DNA of 37,447 nt, taken from NCBI GenBank assembly GCA_029210695.1, contig JARGFH010000037.1, positions 1 to 37,447 on the forward strand, given 5' to 3'. A model generated the notes under the pieces. That model had not been told where the DNA came from and made no database searches. It saw only the letters and a list, made by a program, of their open reading frames with translations. Position numbers and translations under genes: made by a program. How positions within the stretch are numbered: the stretch's first letter is position 1; every line of letters starts with the position of its first letter. Of this stretch, positions 1 to 9,859 are shown one piece after another. This stretch comes from Acidimicrobiia bacterium. Lineage in GTDB: Bacteria; Actinomycetota; Acidimicrobiia; Spongiisociales; JAHEDJ01.

Positions 1-77
1 CCGCAGTGAATTACCTACACATCCACCGCGAGGACTTTTGCTGGCCACCAACGAGGACTTTCACATGGCCATGGACA
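1..77. mobile_element. Terminal inverted repeat of a probable IS21-family insertion sequence (rest of element lies left of the window)
   Basis: Ends in ...CACATGGCCATGGACA (reverse complement TGTCCATGGCCATGTGAAAGTCCTCG) with two tandem subterminal repeats CCACC..CGAGGACTTT (23-44, 45-68). TG...CA ends with reiterated binding sites are typical of IS21. No transposase in the window. Confidence 0.65.
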
Positions 78-101
78 CCCGTTCGCAGAAGCGACCGGCT
101 G

Positions 102-446
102 CTACCAGTCCCAGTCGAAGAGGGTGGTGCCGACGATCAGAAGTGCGATAGCGGTGCCTGCCACGCTCATCGCAACAAAGAATCGGGCCCCGTGCCGCGT
201 CCGCTGATAGCGGGCGCGGAATTCTGCGTCGTCCGCCAGGGGGCCGCGCCGAAGTATCTCGACTGCTCTGATCGTCAGGAATCGGTCTGAGCGAGTCAAT
301 GCATCCCAATCGGCCGTCCTCTCGGTCTTCAGCCAGTCGACAAACCGGTGATCTTCGCCCTCCCGCCGCACATCCAGATAGAAGGCGTAGATAGTCGATG
401 CCGCCACGACGCTCACAAGGAACATGACCTGGAAACTGGTGTTCAC
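102..446 (-). CDS. Hypothetical two-TM membrane protein
   Basis: 114 aa ORF with hydrophobic N- and C-terminal helices flanking a charged loop. Confidence 0.65.
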   Translation of the reverse strand: MNTSFQVMFLVSVVAASTIYAFYLDVRREGEDHRFVDWLKTERTADWDALTRSDRFLTIRAVEILRRGPLADDAEFRARYQRTRHGARFFVAMSVAGTAIALLIVGTTLFDWDW

Positions 447-458
447 GGCTGCGTCCGC

Positions 459-798
459 CTAGGTCCTCGAGGTGGGATGAGCCCGACACGCACCAAGACC
501 GGCGGCGGCGGCCACGATCAAGAACAGGATGCCGAGGCTCATGATCCCCGGTAGCCCGACGACGGAAATATCCCGGCGGTCACGGTCAGAATCGGAGCCG
601 GTCTTGCGGGGGAATCGCCGCCGCATACGCGAAACCCGCCCCGGTTGCCAGCGCCAGCACGAACGGGTTGGCGGGCAGCCAAACGTCTCCGTGGCTCATC
701 AGTATGCCGACGTAGAGCATCGCCATCCCGGCGCCAAGCGTCGCAGCCGCCACCGCCAACGCGACGGGCGTCTGACTCCGTTGGGCTTCTCCGGTCAC
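459..798 (-). pseudogene. Small multi-TM membrane protein gene with two frameshifts (pseudogene or sequencing error)
   Basis: GTG at 798 overlaps the aminotransferase stop. Hydrophobic helices continue in shifted frames (PAPILTVTAGIF, then SVVGLPGIMSLGILFLIVAAAAGLG) to TAG at 459-461. Confidence 0.6.
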
Positions 799-2489
799 CG
801 TCGGTCCAGTCTGAGCTCGTCGGGCAGCGGGAACCACCGGAGATGCTCGAAGTCGGCGGTCACATCCGGCATGCCGATCGGACTCGGAAGATCGTGCTGG
901 GCTTCGTCGAGAATCATCCGTGCTTGGGCGAGATACGCTGCCAGGTCGGGTTCGGTGGTCTCATGGCGGCGATGCGGCCACACCATCACTCCCGCTTCGT
1001 ACGACACGTCGGCCATGCTCATTGGAGCTTCCTTGATCGGGCAGCGGTGCCGCCACAGACCCGAAGTTGGCTCGAAACGGTAGAGCGGCAGCAGCTTCCA
1101 CCCTTGCTCGGCAACGAGATTCACCGCGTCGAGGATGTACTGGAAGACGGATTCTGAGATGAAATAGTTGAAGTTGACCCGGATCCATCCGGGTTTGATA
1201 CCTTCGCAACCCCGATCGATCTCCCGTTCGAACTCGTGCGATTTCTCGATATCGATGCCCAGTAGACGATGCCCATATGGCCCGGCGCAGGAGCAGCCCC
1301 CCCGCCCCTGGATTCCGAACAGGTCGTTGAGGATCGCCACTACAAAGTTGTGGTGCAGATACCGGTCGTCGTGCCGGACGACGAATGAGACGATTGACAG
1401 GCGGTCGGCGTCGTGGTTGCCGAGTACCTCGAGGTTCGGGTTGTCCTCCCACGAACGGATGGCGCGGCGGATGAACTGCTCCTCCCGCGTGCGGATCTCC
1501 TCGACGCCTACCGTGTCCTTCAACTGGAAGACGAGGCCAGCGCGGATCGACTCGATGATGGCGGGTGTCCCACCTTCTTCTCGGAGTTCCGGATCTTCGA
1601 GATAGCGGTGACTGTCCGGGTTGACGTAGGCGACGGTTCCTCCGCCCGGCACGTCCGGAACGCGATTGGTGAACAACTCCCGGCGGGCGATCAGCACTCC
1701 CGGCGTTCCGGGCCCGCCGATCATCTTGTGGGGCGACAGGAAGATTGCGTCCTTGTAGGCGAGGTTTCCGTTCTCCGCTGAGCCCATTTCGATGCCGACA
1801 TACGGTGCGGCGGCGGCGAAATCCCAGAAGCTCAGCGCGCCGTGTTCGTGCAGGATGGTGGAGACCGTGTCCCAGTCAGTGAGGATTCCCGTCACATTGG
1901 AGGCGGCGGAGAACGAGCCGATCTTGAGCGGCCGGTGGCGATATCGGTCCAGTTCGGTCCGAAGATGATGGAGGTCGACATGGCCGTCGGCGTCCTCATC
2001 GATCGTCACTACGTCTGCAATGGATTCGCGCCACGGGAGCTCATTGGAGTGATGCTCGTAGGGCCCGATGAAGACAACGGGTCGCGCCTCGGCCGGAATG
2101 TGCTCGAGAAGATGGTGGGTTTCCTCGAGTTTGGAGGGGATCATCAGGCCCAGCACGCCTACCAACTTGTCGATGGCGCCCGTCGAGCCGCTGCCCGTGA
2201 AGATGACGGCATGCTCGCTCCCGGCCGCCGTACATCGGCGGATCATCGCTCTCGCTTCCTCGCGGAAGCGAGTAGTTTGCAGGCCGGTGCCTGAAGATTC
2301 GGTATGTGTGTTTGCGTAGAGCGGAAGTACCGCCTCGCGAATGAAATCCTCGATGAAGGACAGCGCCCGACCGGAGGCGGTGTAATCGGCGTAGATCACG
2401 GGGCGCGGGCCGAATGGTCCTTCGACGACATCATCTTTTCCGATCACCGAGTTCCGGATCGATGTGATCAGTTGATCGTTACCCATCAC
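795..2489 (-). CDS. PLP-dependent aminotransferase class V (cysteine desulfurase-like)
   Basis: YADYTASGR, YANTHTE, EHHSN, DFAAAAPY, SPHK (PLP lysine), RGGCSCAGPY. Start trimmed to GTG 2489 (or ATG 2486) behind a TACTAT -10 box. Confidence 0.9.
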   Translation of the reverse strand: MMGNDQLITSIRNSVIGKDDVVEGPFGPRPVIYADYTASGRALSFIEDFIREAVLPLYANTHTESSGTGLQTTRFREEARAMIRRCTAAGSEHAVIFTGSGSTGAIDKLVGVLGLMIPSKLEETHHLLEHIPAEARPVVFIGPYEHHSNELPWRESIADVVTIDEDADGHVDLHHLRTELDRYRHRPLKIGSFSAASNVTGILTDWDTVSTILHEHGALSFWDFAAAAPYVGIEMGSAENGNLAYKDAIFLSPHKMIGGPGTPGVLIARRELFTNRVPDVPGGGTVAYVNPDSHRYLEDPELREEGGTPAIIESIRAGLVFQLKDTVGVEEIRTREEQFIRRAIRSWEDNPNLEVLGNHDADRLSIVSFVVRHDDRYLHHNFVVAILNDLFGIQGRGGCSCAGPYGHRLLGIDIEKSHEFEREIDRGCEGIKPGWIRVNFNYFISESVFQYILDAVNLVAEQGWKLLPLYRFEPTSGLWRHRCPIKEAPMSMADVSYEAGVMVWPHRRHETTEPDLAAYLAQARMILDEAQHDLPSPIGMPDVTADFEHLRWFPLPDELRLDRR

Positions 2490-2575
2490 ACGGGATAGTA
2501 GGCCAATGTGCCGTGGCCGGTGTTGGTGCCCGCTCACGTGACGGGCCAATCGAGACTGGCTACCCTCAGTCCATC

Positions 2576-2611
2576 ATGACGACGGATACTCATTGGCGGC
2601 TCACCATCTGA
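2576..2611 (+). CDS. Putative Trp leader peptide MTTDTHWRLTI
   Basis: 11-codon ORF with TGG at 2594-2596, 9 nt behind a TACCCT -10 box and upstream of a terminator and trpS. Confidence 0.65.
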   Translation: MTTDTHWRLTI

Positions 2612-2640
2612 ACGGCCCGCCCGCGAGTGCTAAACGCGAC

Positions 2641-2673
2641 ACGCCGGACGCCTCGAGGCTCCGGCGTTTTCTT
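2641..2673 (+). terminator. Intrinsic terminator (attenuator) in the trpS leader
   Basis: ACGCCGGA-C-GCC-TCGA-GGC-TCCGGCGT stem followed by TTTCTT, directly before the trpS RBS. Confidence 0.75.
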
Positions 2674-2684
2674 CAGGAGTGACA

Positions 2685-3665
2685 GTGACCAAGCAAACGG
2701 TTTTCTCGGGGATTCAACCGACCGGTGATGTGCACATCGGGAACTACCTGGGAGCCCTCAGGAACTGGGTGGCACTCCAGGGGGAATACGACACGATCTA
2801 CTGCGTCGTCGACCTGCACGCCACGACCGTGCCTTACGACCCAGAGGAACTCCACGACAGCCGGATACTCACCGCCAAATTGCTGATGGCCGTGGGTGTG
2901 GATCCTTCCCGGTCGCTTCTCTACTTCCAGAGCCAGGTACCGCAGCACGCCGAGCTTTCGTGGATCCTCGGGTCGATGACGCCGCTCGGGGCCCTCAACC
3001 GGATGACCCAATACAAGGAGAAAGCGGAGAAGGTGGGTCAGATGCTCGGTCTCTACTCCTACCCGGTTCTGATGGCCGCGGACATCCTCGTCCACAAGGC
3101 GCATGCGGTCCCGGTTGGAGACGATCAAACCCAGCACCTCGAGCTGACCAGGGATCTTGCCGACCGCTTCAACAACCGCTTTGGAGAGACCTTCCCGGTT
3201 CCCGAACAGATCACTCCGGAGAAGGGAGCGCGCATCATGTCGCTGCAGGACCCAACGGCCAAGATGTCGAAGTCCGACGGTGATCCTCGGGGCTCAGTGC
3301 TCCTGTTGGATTCGGCAGATACGATCGTGAAGAAGTTCAAGACGGCCGTAACCGATTCTGAGCGAGAAGTGCGCTACGACCGCGAGAAAAAGGCGGGCAT
3401 CTCGAATCTGCTCGACATCCTCTCCATCTACACGGGGCGATCGGTCGATGATCTCGTCGATGAATACGTCGATGCCGGGTACGGGCTGTTCAAGGAAGCC
3501 GTCGCGGAGGTGGTAGTCGATGGCCTGGCCCCGATTCGCAATGCCTTCAACTCGCTCGACGACCAGGACGTGAGCCGCATCATGGCGCGCGGCGCCCTCG
3601 ACGCCAGGACGCGCGCCGAGCAGGAGATGGCAGACGTCCGCCGCCGGGTGGGCCTGGGTGCCTGA
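2685..3665 (+). CDS. trpS: Tryptophan--tRNA ligase
   Basis: SGIQPTG, HIGN, YPVLMAAD, VPVGDDQ, KMSKS. AGGAG at 2675-2679 favours GTG 2685 over 2679. Confidence 0.97.
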   Translation: MTKQTVFSGIQPTGDVHIGNYLGALRNWVALQGEYDTIYCVVDLHATTVPYDPEELHDSRILTAKLLMAVGVDPSRSLLYFQSQVPQHAELSWILGSMTPLGALNRMTQYKEKAEKVGQMLGLYSYPVLMAADILVHKAHAVPVGDDQTQHLELTRDLADRFNNRFGETFPVPEQITPEKGARIMSLQDPTAKMSKSDGDPRGSVLLLDSADTIVKKFKTAVTDSEREVRYDREKKAGISNLLDILSIYTGRSVDDLVDEYVDAGYGLFKEAVAEVVVDGLAPIRNAFNSLDDQDVSRIMARGALDARTRAEQEMADVRRRVGLGA

Positions 3666-3776
3666 GGGGCCGAGGCCCCTCGACCGTACAACGTAGAACT
3701 TAGAACCTAGAACGCAGAGCACGTGACATACCGCGTCGCGGACTCGATATGAGCTTGACCTCTGAAACGGTGAAAG

Positions 3777-4538
3777 TCACTCCAACGTTGAGAAGTAGTC
3801 CGCCCCGGCGATGAAGATCACCAACCACATGTTGAATCCGGCATGAGTGAAGATGGCCGGACCGAGCCGGTCGTGCTTCAGTGTCAGCCAGGCAAGGGGC
3901 ACTGCGACCAGGATCAACTGTGGGACCAGGATCCCGAACTGGAGCAACCACTGCGGGTCGGTGAGATCGACCGACAAGATGTGGAGGCCGGCGAACACGA
4001 GGGACGAGACGAGAATTGCCGCCCTGGTCGAGACTCGCCGGGTCAACGAGCGGAGCAGGACACCCCTGTAGGTGAGTTCTTCGACGACCGGTGCCGCCAC
4101 CGCGGCGGTGAGCGAGAGAACGATCATGGCGATGAGGGGCAACTCGGAGTCCGCCGCCACATCGATGATCGTCTGGCCCGAATCGTCCAAACCCGCCAGT
4201 TCGTACAGCGGGAAGAACAGCAGTGCCAGGGCGAACTGGAGGGCGAGTCCGGCCAGCGTATAGAAGATGTCACCGGGCTGGATATCGAACCGGAGCCCTT
4301 CGGCGAACGTCGTATTGCGACGGCGGACAATCCAGGCCAGCACTGCTAGTTGCCCGAGGTATTGAGCCGGCACCAATACCACAACCGACATGACGATATC
4401 GTCGGCTCCGACGTCGCCTACCGCAGCCAGCACGCCCGTGACGATCAAAGCGGTGATGAAACCGGCCAGCGCTACGAGGACAACGTCACCAAAGGTGAAG
4501 CGGGGCAGCTCGGTCTCGGTGGTACTCGGCTCGGTCAC
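3777..4538 (-). CDS. CPBP/CAAX-family intramembrane glutamic endopeptidase
   Basis: APVVEELTYRG, FAGLH, HAGFN motifs and many TM helices. GTG start 6 nt after TACCCT. Confidence 0.9.
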   Translation of the reverse strand: MTEPSTTETELPRFTFGDVVLVALAGFITALIVTGVLAAVGDVGADDIVMSVVVLVPAQYLGQLAVLAWIVRRRNTTFAEGLRFDIQPGDIFYTLAGLALQFALALLFFPLYELAGLDDSGQTIIDVAADSELPLIAMIVLSLTAAVAAPVVEELTYRGVLLRSLTRRVSTRAAILVSSLVFAGLHILSVDLTDPQWLLQFGILVPQLILVAVPLAWLTLKHDRLGPAIFTHAGFNMWLVIFIAGADYFSTLE

Positions 4539-4602
4539 GCCGGGAGGGTAGCAATGAGCGACCCGCCCATAGCCCTGAGACCCGCGCATAGCCCTGAGAC
4601 CC

Positions 4603-4700
4603 GCGACTTGCGACTTGCGACTTGCGACCCGCGACTCGCGACTTGCGACTTGCGAACCGCGACTTGCGACTCGCGACTTGCGACTCGCGACCCGCGACTC
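4603..4700. repeat. Tandem heptamer array, 14 copies of GCGACYY-like unit
   Basis: Counted 14 contiguous 7-mers (GCGACTT, GCGACTC, GCGACCC, one GCGAACC), preceded by a duplicated CATAGCCCTGAGACCCGCG. Confidence 0.95.
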
Positions 4701-4737
4701 CTGGTACCGTGACCGGACCATCCGGGTGGAGGTTCTG

Positions 4738-5895
4738 GTGGAGATCGATATTGGTATTGGCAAGACGGGGCGCCGGGCCTACGGGTTCGACGACATCGCA
4801 ATTGTTCCGAGCCGTCGCACCAGGGACCCGGACGACGTCGACATCAGCTGGCAGATCGACGCCTTCCAATTCGAGCTGCCGATGCTGGGCTCTGCGATGG
4901 ATTCCGCCATCAGTCCGGCCACCGCTGTCGAGATCGGCAGGTTGGGTGGACTGGGCGTCTTGAACCTCGAGGGGCTCTGGACTCGCTACGAGGATCCCGA
5001 AGCCCACTTCGCGGAAATCGCCGAGTTGACGCCGGAAAAGGCTACGAGGCGTATGCAGGAGATCTACCTCGAACCGATCAAACCGGAACTGGTCGGTCGC
5101 CGGATCCAGGAGATGAAGTCGGCGGGAATCGTCACCGCCGCCAGCCTCACCCCCCAGCGGGTAGGCGAACTGTATCGCCAGGCGCTCGAGGCGGGCCTCG
5201 ACATCATGGTCATCCAGGGAACGGTTGTTTCGGCCGAACATGTATCGACGCAAACCGAGCCCCTCGATCTCAAGCGGTTCATCGCCGACCTCGACGCCCC
5301 CGTGATCGTGGGTGGATGCGCCTCCTATTCAACCGCCTTGCACTTGATGCGGACCGGAGCGGTAGGCGTGCTGGTCGGCGTTGGTCCGGGCGCCGCCTGC
5401 ACGACCCGGGGTGTGCTGGGTGTCGGTGTACCCCAGGCCACCGCCATCGCCGATGCGGCCGGGGCGCGCATCCGCTATCTCGATGAAACCGGCCGATACG
5501 TCCAGGTCATCGCGGACGGCGGCATGCGGACGGGTGGTGACGTTTCTAAGGCGATCGCCTGCGGCGCAGATGCCGTCATGATCGGATCGCCTCTGGCAGC
5601 TGCCGCCGAGGCGCCGGGCCGAGGCTCCCATTGGGGGATGGCGACCTTTCATCCGACGTTGCCGCGGGGCGCTCGTGTCCAGGTCGGCAATCTCGGCACG
5701 CTCCAGGAGATCCTCACCGGTCCCGCTCATGAGAACGACGGGCGTCGCAACCTCTTCGGCGCGTTGCGCGTGTCGATGGCAACTACCGGCTATGCCAACG
5801 TGAAGGAGTTTCAGAAGGCCGAAGTCATGGTGGCTCCATCGCTTCAGTTCGAAGGAAAGGCCCTACAGCGTTCGCAACGAGTCGGGATGGGTTGA
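4738..5895 (+). CDS. guaB3: GuaB3-family IMP dehydrogenase-related protein
   Basis: [31 protein letters not shown]-terminus, [16 protein letters not shown], no CBS domains. GGAGG at 4728-4732. Confidence 0.9.
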   Translation: MEIDIGIGKTGRRAYGFDDIAIVPSRRTRDPDDVDISWQIDAFQFELPMLGSAMDSAISPATAVEIGRLGGLGVLNLEGLWTRYEDPEAHFAEIAELTPEKATRRMQEIYLEPIKPELVGRRIQEMKSAGIVTAASLTPQRVGELYRQALEAGLDIMVIQGTVVSAEHVSTQTEPLDLKRFIADLDAPVIVGGCASYSTALHLMRTGAVGVLVGVGPGAACTTRGVLGVGVPQATAIADAAGARIRYLDETGRYVQVIADGGMRTGGDVSKAIACGADAVMIGSPLAAAAEAPGRGSHWGMATFHPTLPRGARVQVGNLGTLQEILTGPAHENDGRRNLFGALRVSMATTGYANVKEFQKAEVMVAPSLQFEGKALQRSQRVGMG

Positions 5896-7469
5896 TGGCC
5901 GGCGAGTCGGCGGTGTTGGCAGGTCAGGCCTCAACGGGCGACTTCGACCGGGTCCTGGTCGTCGACCTGGGGGCTCAGTATGCCCAGCTGATCGCCAGAC
6001 GGGTTAGAGAGGCTCACGTCCTTTCGGAAATCGTCCCCCGCGACATCACGGTCGAGGAGATCAAAGCCAGAAACCCGGCCGGCATCATCCTCTCGGGCGG
6101 ACCGGCCTCGGTCTATGCCGACGACGCCTATGAGATCGATACTGCGATCTTCGGAGCCGGGATTCCTGTGCTCGGGATTTGCTACGGCCATCAGTTGCTG
6201 GCTCATTCACTCGGCGGCACGGTTGAGCAGACCGGAACAGCTGAATACGGGAAGACCGAGCTCGAGGTATCCGGTGACTCGGCGCTCTTCTCCAATTTGC
6301 CTGTGCGACAGGATGTTTGGATGAGCCACGGAGACGCAGTCGTGGCCGCTCCAGAGGGTTTCGCCGTCACGGCCTCGACGGCCGGATCGCCTGTGGCGGC
6401 GATGGAGGACCGGCAGCGGGGCCTGTACGGCGTACAGTTCCATCCGGAGGTCGTCCACACGCCCAGGGGAACGGAACTCCTCCAACGGTTCCTGTATGAG
6501 GCATGCGGGGCGCGACCAACGTGGACCCGCCACTCCATCATCGAGCAATCGGTCGATGCCATCCGCGCCCAGGTCGGGGGTGAGAACGTGATCTGCGGGC
6601 TCTCCGGTGGCGTAGATTCCTCGGTGGCGGCGGCGCTGGTTCAAAAAGCGGTGGGGAGCCAGCTGACCTGCATCTTCGTCGATCACGGCCTGTTGCGGGC
6701 AGGCGAGGCTGAGCAGGTTGAGGCAACCTTCCGCGACGCTTTTCACGTCAACCTCATACACGTCAAGGCCGAGGATCGCTTCCTCGAGGCGCTCGCTGGT
6801 GTCACGGACCCCGAGGCGAAACGCATGATCATCGGCGAGACCTTCATCCGGGTGTTCGAGGACGTTGCGGACGATCTCACCGACACGCGCTTTCTCGTTC
6901 AGGGAACGCTCTACCCGGACATCATCGAGTCCGGCACCAAGGACGCCGCCAAGATCAAGAGCCATCACAACGTCGGCGGCCTGCCCGATGACATGCAGTT
7001 CGAACTCGTCGAACCATTGCGCGACCTCTTCAAGGATGAGGTGCGGGCGGTCGGCGAAGAACTCGGCTTACCCCCGGAGATCGTCTGGCGTCAGCCGTTT
7101 CCAGGTCCGGGTCTTGCGATTCGCATCATCGGTGACGTCACCCGTGAGCGCCTCGATATTCTGCGGGCGGCCGATTCGATTGTCCTCGAAGAGGTTCGGA
7201 AAGCGGGCCTCTACAACGAGTTGTGGCAGTCCTTTGGAGTGCTCCCGGCAATCAAGACGGTCGGGGTTCAGGGGGACGGCCGTACTTACGCTCATCCACT
7301 CATCATCAGGGCGGTCACGAGTGACGATGCCATGACGGCAGATTGGGCCAGGTTGCCGTACGAGGTGCTCGAAGCGATGTCCTCCCGGATCATCAACGAG
7401 GTCCCGGAGATCAACCGGGTGGCCTACGACATCTCATCGAAGCCCCCTGCGACAATCGAGTGGGAGTGA
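5895..7469 (+). CDS. guaA: GMP synthase (glutamine-hydrolysing)
   Basis: [38 protein letters not shown] overlap with guaB3. Confidence 0.98.
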   Translation: MAGESAVLAGQASTGDFDRVLVVDLGAQYAQLIARRVREAHVLSEIVPRDITVEEIKARNPAGIILSGGPASVYADDAYEIDTAIFGAGIPVLGICYGHQLLAHSLGGTVEQTGTAEYGKTELEVSGDSALFSNLPVRQDVWMSHGDAVVAAPEGFAVTASTAGSPVAAMEDRQRGLYGVQFHPEVVHTPRGTELLQRFLYEACGARPTWTRHSIIEQSVDAIRAQVGGENVICGLSGGVDSSVAAALVQKAVGSQLTCIFVDHGLLRAGEAEQVEATFRDAFHVNLIHVKAEDRFLEALAGVTDPEAKRMIIGETFIRVFEDVADDLTDTRFLVQGTLYPDIIESGTKDAAKIKSHHNVGGLPDDMQFELVEPLRDLFKDEVRAVGEELGLPPEIVWRQPFPGPGLAIRIIGDVTRERLDILRAADSIVLEEVRKAGLYNELWQSFGVLPAIKTVGVQGDGRTYAHPLIIRAVTSDDAMTADWARLPYEVLEAMSSRIINEVPEINRVAYDISSKPPATIEWE

Positions 7470-7470
7470 A

Positions 7471-7569
7471 GAGGTTGTAGGTTTTGGGTTCTAGGTTCTG
7501 CGGTCGAAGCGGGCAGATCTGTGCTTGAGCGGTCGCCCATAGAACGCAAAACTCATAACCTAGAACCTC
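7471..7569. repeat. Inverted pair of heptamer-repeat tracts forming a long imperfect hairpin after guaA
   Basis: 7471-7500 (GAGGTTGTAGGTTTTGGGTTCTAGGTTCTG) is an imperfect reverse complement of 7540-7569. Confidence 0.75.
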
Positions 7570-7602
7570 AGGTTGTCAGACGCACGATCCCGCTCAATAT
7601 GC

Positions 7603-7631
7603 CTCAAGGGGGTCATTTATGCGGCCGATAC
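7603..7631 (+). promoter_or_regulatory. Sigma28 (FliA/WhiG)-type promoter upstream of the cheA-like gene
   Basis: CTCAA-N16-GCCGATAC, 29 nt before the GTG. Confidence 0.75.
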
Positions 7632-7660
7632 GGTTGAGAATACGGATTCAGAGGTAGCGC

Positions 7661-9859
7661 GTGGACTGGAGCGACAACGAAGAACTCCAAGCCATCTTCC
7701 GCGAGGAGGTGGCCGACCGAGCTCGAAATCTCATCGAAGGCGGGAAATCCCTCGGCGGGGGAACGCTCGACTTAGACGCGCTCCAGGCTCTGTCACGCGA
7801 CGGCCACACCATCAAAGGCAACGCATTGGTCATGGGGTTTCCGACCATCGCCGACGCCGGCAAGCTCCTCGAGTTCACATGGAAAGAACTCCGCGATGGG
7901 CAGCGAGAGCCAGACGGGGAACTCGGCGAGTTGCTATCCAGGGTTGCTTCCCACCTGTTGCCGACCGTTGACATCGAAGGCCGCGACGAGCCGCGCGAGC
8001 TACTGGCGGCCCTGACTGCACTTCGAGCTCATCTCGGCAATGGCGGCGGTGACGCTCCGTCCGGTGGCCCGAAGCCGGGCAACAGCCGGCCCGGCACCTC
8101 ACCGGGGCTCGCCGGAGAACCCTCAGAACCTCCGCCGCCCCGAGGAGGGCCGGCGTCGTTCCAGCCGCGGCCGGACATCGAGGTACGGGCACGACACGAT
8201 GTCGAGGAAGCCGAAGGGCGCGCCTCTGTTGATCTCGGCGGATTGCTGTCGACAATCGAGGGGCGGATCATCGGCGAAGCCACCCGGGTCGATTCTGCGA
8301 AGTTGTACCAATTGATCAACCGCTCTGTCGAGGTGAAACTCGATATGGAGGCCCTCGCCCGAGGTTTGCAGGGTCTTCGTCTGGCTGTGGCGGCCGGGCC
8401 CGGCGAGATCGCAGCCCTGGCGTCCACCTGGGAGAACTCGGTGGCCAGGGTCGAGCAGTCGCTCGATGAGCTCCAGTCGCAGGCCTTGGACCTGGCGACG
8501 GTGCCCCTTCGAGAGGTCACGGATACCTTCCCGCAACTCGCCAACTACCTCGGTAGGCGAACCGGCAAGGAGTTGCGGTTTGAATTGGTGGGCGACGATG
8601 TCGAGGTTGATCGCCAGATCGTCGACGCTCTTCGAGAACCGCTCCGGCATTTGCTGGTCAACGCCATCGATCATGGAATCGAGATGCCGCGCGAGCGGGC
8701 CGCAGCCGGGAAGACGACGATCGCCACGGTGTCGATTCGGGCGAGCGTCAAAGACCACAGACTCGTGGTCACAGTCGAGGATGACGGACGGGGCGTTGAC
8801 TGGGCTCGAGTCCGTGAAGTCGCTGAAGAGGAGTCCGAGGCCAACGCCGCGCTCTCGGACGCCGAAGTGGGTCGCCTGTTGTTTGCTGCCGGATTCTCAA
8901 CGCTCGCCGAGCGGTCCGATCTGAGTGGGGATGGCGTCGGACTGGCTTCCACCTCGGATATGGCGGCGGAGATGAATGGTGGCCTGCGTCTCGATACAAC
9001 TCCCGGCGGAGGAACGATCGTGACGCTAACCCTGCCGGCTTCTCTGGCATTGCAGGACGTACTACTTGTTCGATCCGACGGCCATCAGTGGGGAATCCCG
9101 CAGGTAGCGCTTCTCGCCACGTTCCCGATCTCCGTCGCAGAGATCCACCCGGGAGAGGACCGGATGGAACTCTGGTACGAAGGGCGTGCCCTGCCTCTGT
9201 CATCCTTTGCCTCCGCCGTCGGACTGCCGGAAACGGAGGAATTCAGCGACATCGTGGTGCTTGGGACCCGGCTCGGCCCGGTGGCGTTGACGGTTCCGCA
9301 GGTCGATGGAAGGCGCCAGGTAGCCGTGAAGGGTCTCGGCCCCGTCCTGGCCGGTTCGCCACATCTGGCCGGGGCGGCGTTGCTGGGCGGGGGCTCCGTC
9401 GTTGTGGTGGTCGACCCGGACCAGCTCAGCGAGCGTGTGCGCTCGGTCCCGCGTCCGGTCAAACACCGTCCGCGCGTGTTGGTCGTTGACGACTCGCGTG
9501 GTGTCCGCCAACTGATCGGTGCGGCACTGTCCGGGCAAGGTTTTGATGTCGTAGTTGCCTCGAATGCAGACGAAGCAGGGCGGGAACTCGCAGGATCAGA
9601 TTTCGATGCCCTGGTCGTCGACTATCAGATGCCGGGCTCCGACGGCATCGAGTTGATTGAACGCGTGCGGGTTGGCTCTCAATCGATGCCGGTGATCATG
9701 GTGTCGGCGGTCGCCACGCCCGACGACCAGGATCGAGCCTGGAAAGCCGGCGTAGACGCCTATCTCGACAAATTCGACCTCCGGAAGGGCGCCCTCGTGG
9801 ATACGCTGCGCAGCCTGCTGCAAATGCGGGGCGTCCCGTTCGAGGAACGATCCGCATGA
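7661..9859 (+). CDS. cheA: CheA-like hybrid histidine kinase (Hpt-HATPase-CheW-REC)
   Basis: Hpt GHTIKG, HLLVNAIDHG, DDGRG, FAAGFST, SGDGVGL, CheW-like GAALLGGGSVVVVVDP, C-terminal REC (VLVVDD, DYQMP, YLDK). Confidence 0.88.
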   Translation: MDWSDNEELQAIFREEVADRARNLIEGGKSLGGGTLDLDALQALSRDGHTIKGNALVMGFPTIADAGKLLEFTWKELRDGQREPDGELGELLSRVASHLLPTVDIEGRDEPRELLAALTALRAHLGNGGGDAPSGGPKPGNSRPGTSPGLAGEPSEPPPPRGGPASFQPRPDIEVRARHDVEEAEGRASVDLGGLLSTIEGRIIGEATRVDSAKLYQLINRSVEVKLDMEALARGLQGLRLAVAAGPGEIAALASTWENSVARVEQSLDELQSQALDLATVPLREVTDTFPQLANYLGRRTGKELRFELVGDDVEVDRQIVDALREPLRHLLVNAIDHGIEMPRERAAAGKTTIATVSIRASVKDHRLVVTVEDDGRGVDWARVREVAEEESEANAALSDAEVGRLLFAAGFSTLAERSDLSGDGVGLASTSDMAAEMNGGLRLDTTPGGGTIVTLTLPASLALQDVLLVRSDGHQWGIPQVALLATFPISVAEIHPGEDRMELWYEGRALPLSSFASAVGLPETEEFSDIVVLGTRLGPVALTVPQVDGRRQVAVKGLGPVLAGSPHLAGAALLGGGSVVVVVDPDQLSERVRSVPRPVKHRPRVLVVDDSRGVRQLIGAALSGQGFDVVVASNADEAGRELAGSDFDALVVDYQMPGSDGIELIERVRVGSQSMPVIMVSAVATPDDQDRAWKAGVDAYLDKFDLRKGALVDTLRSLLQMRGVPFEERSA

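Noticed and set aside
2500..2684. T-box riboswitch upstream of trpS
   Set aside because: No AAGGTGGNACC T-box motif is seen, and a leader peptide plus terminator explains the region
4603..4700. Possible CRISPR array
   Set aside because: Contiguous 7-mers with no spacers, and no cas genes in the window
4539..4763. N-terminal extensions of the CPBP ORF (to 4763) and guaB3 ORF (from 4615) with SRVASRK/LATRD repeats
   Set aside because: They are translations of the stop-free heptamer array. Better starts with -10 or RBS signals exist at 4538 and 4738.
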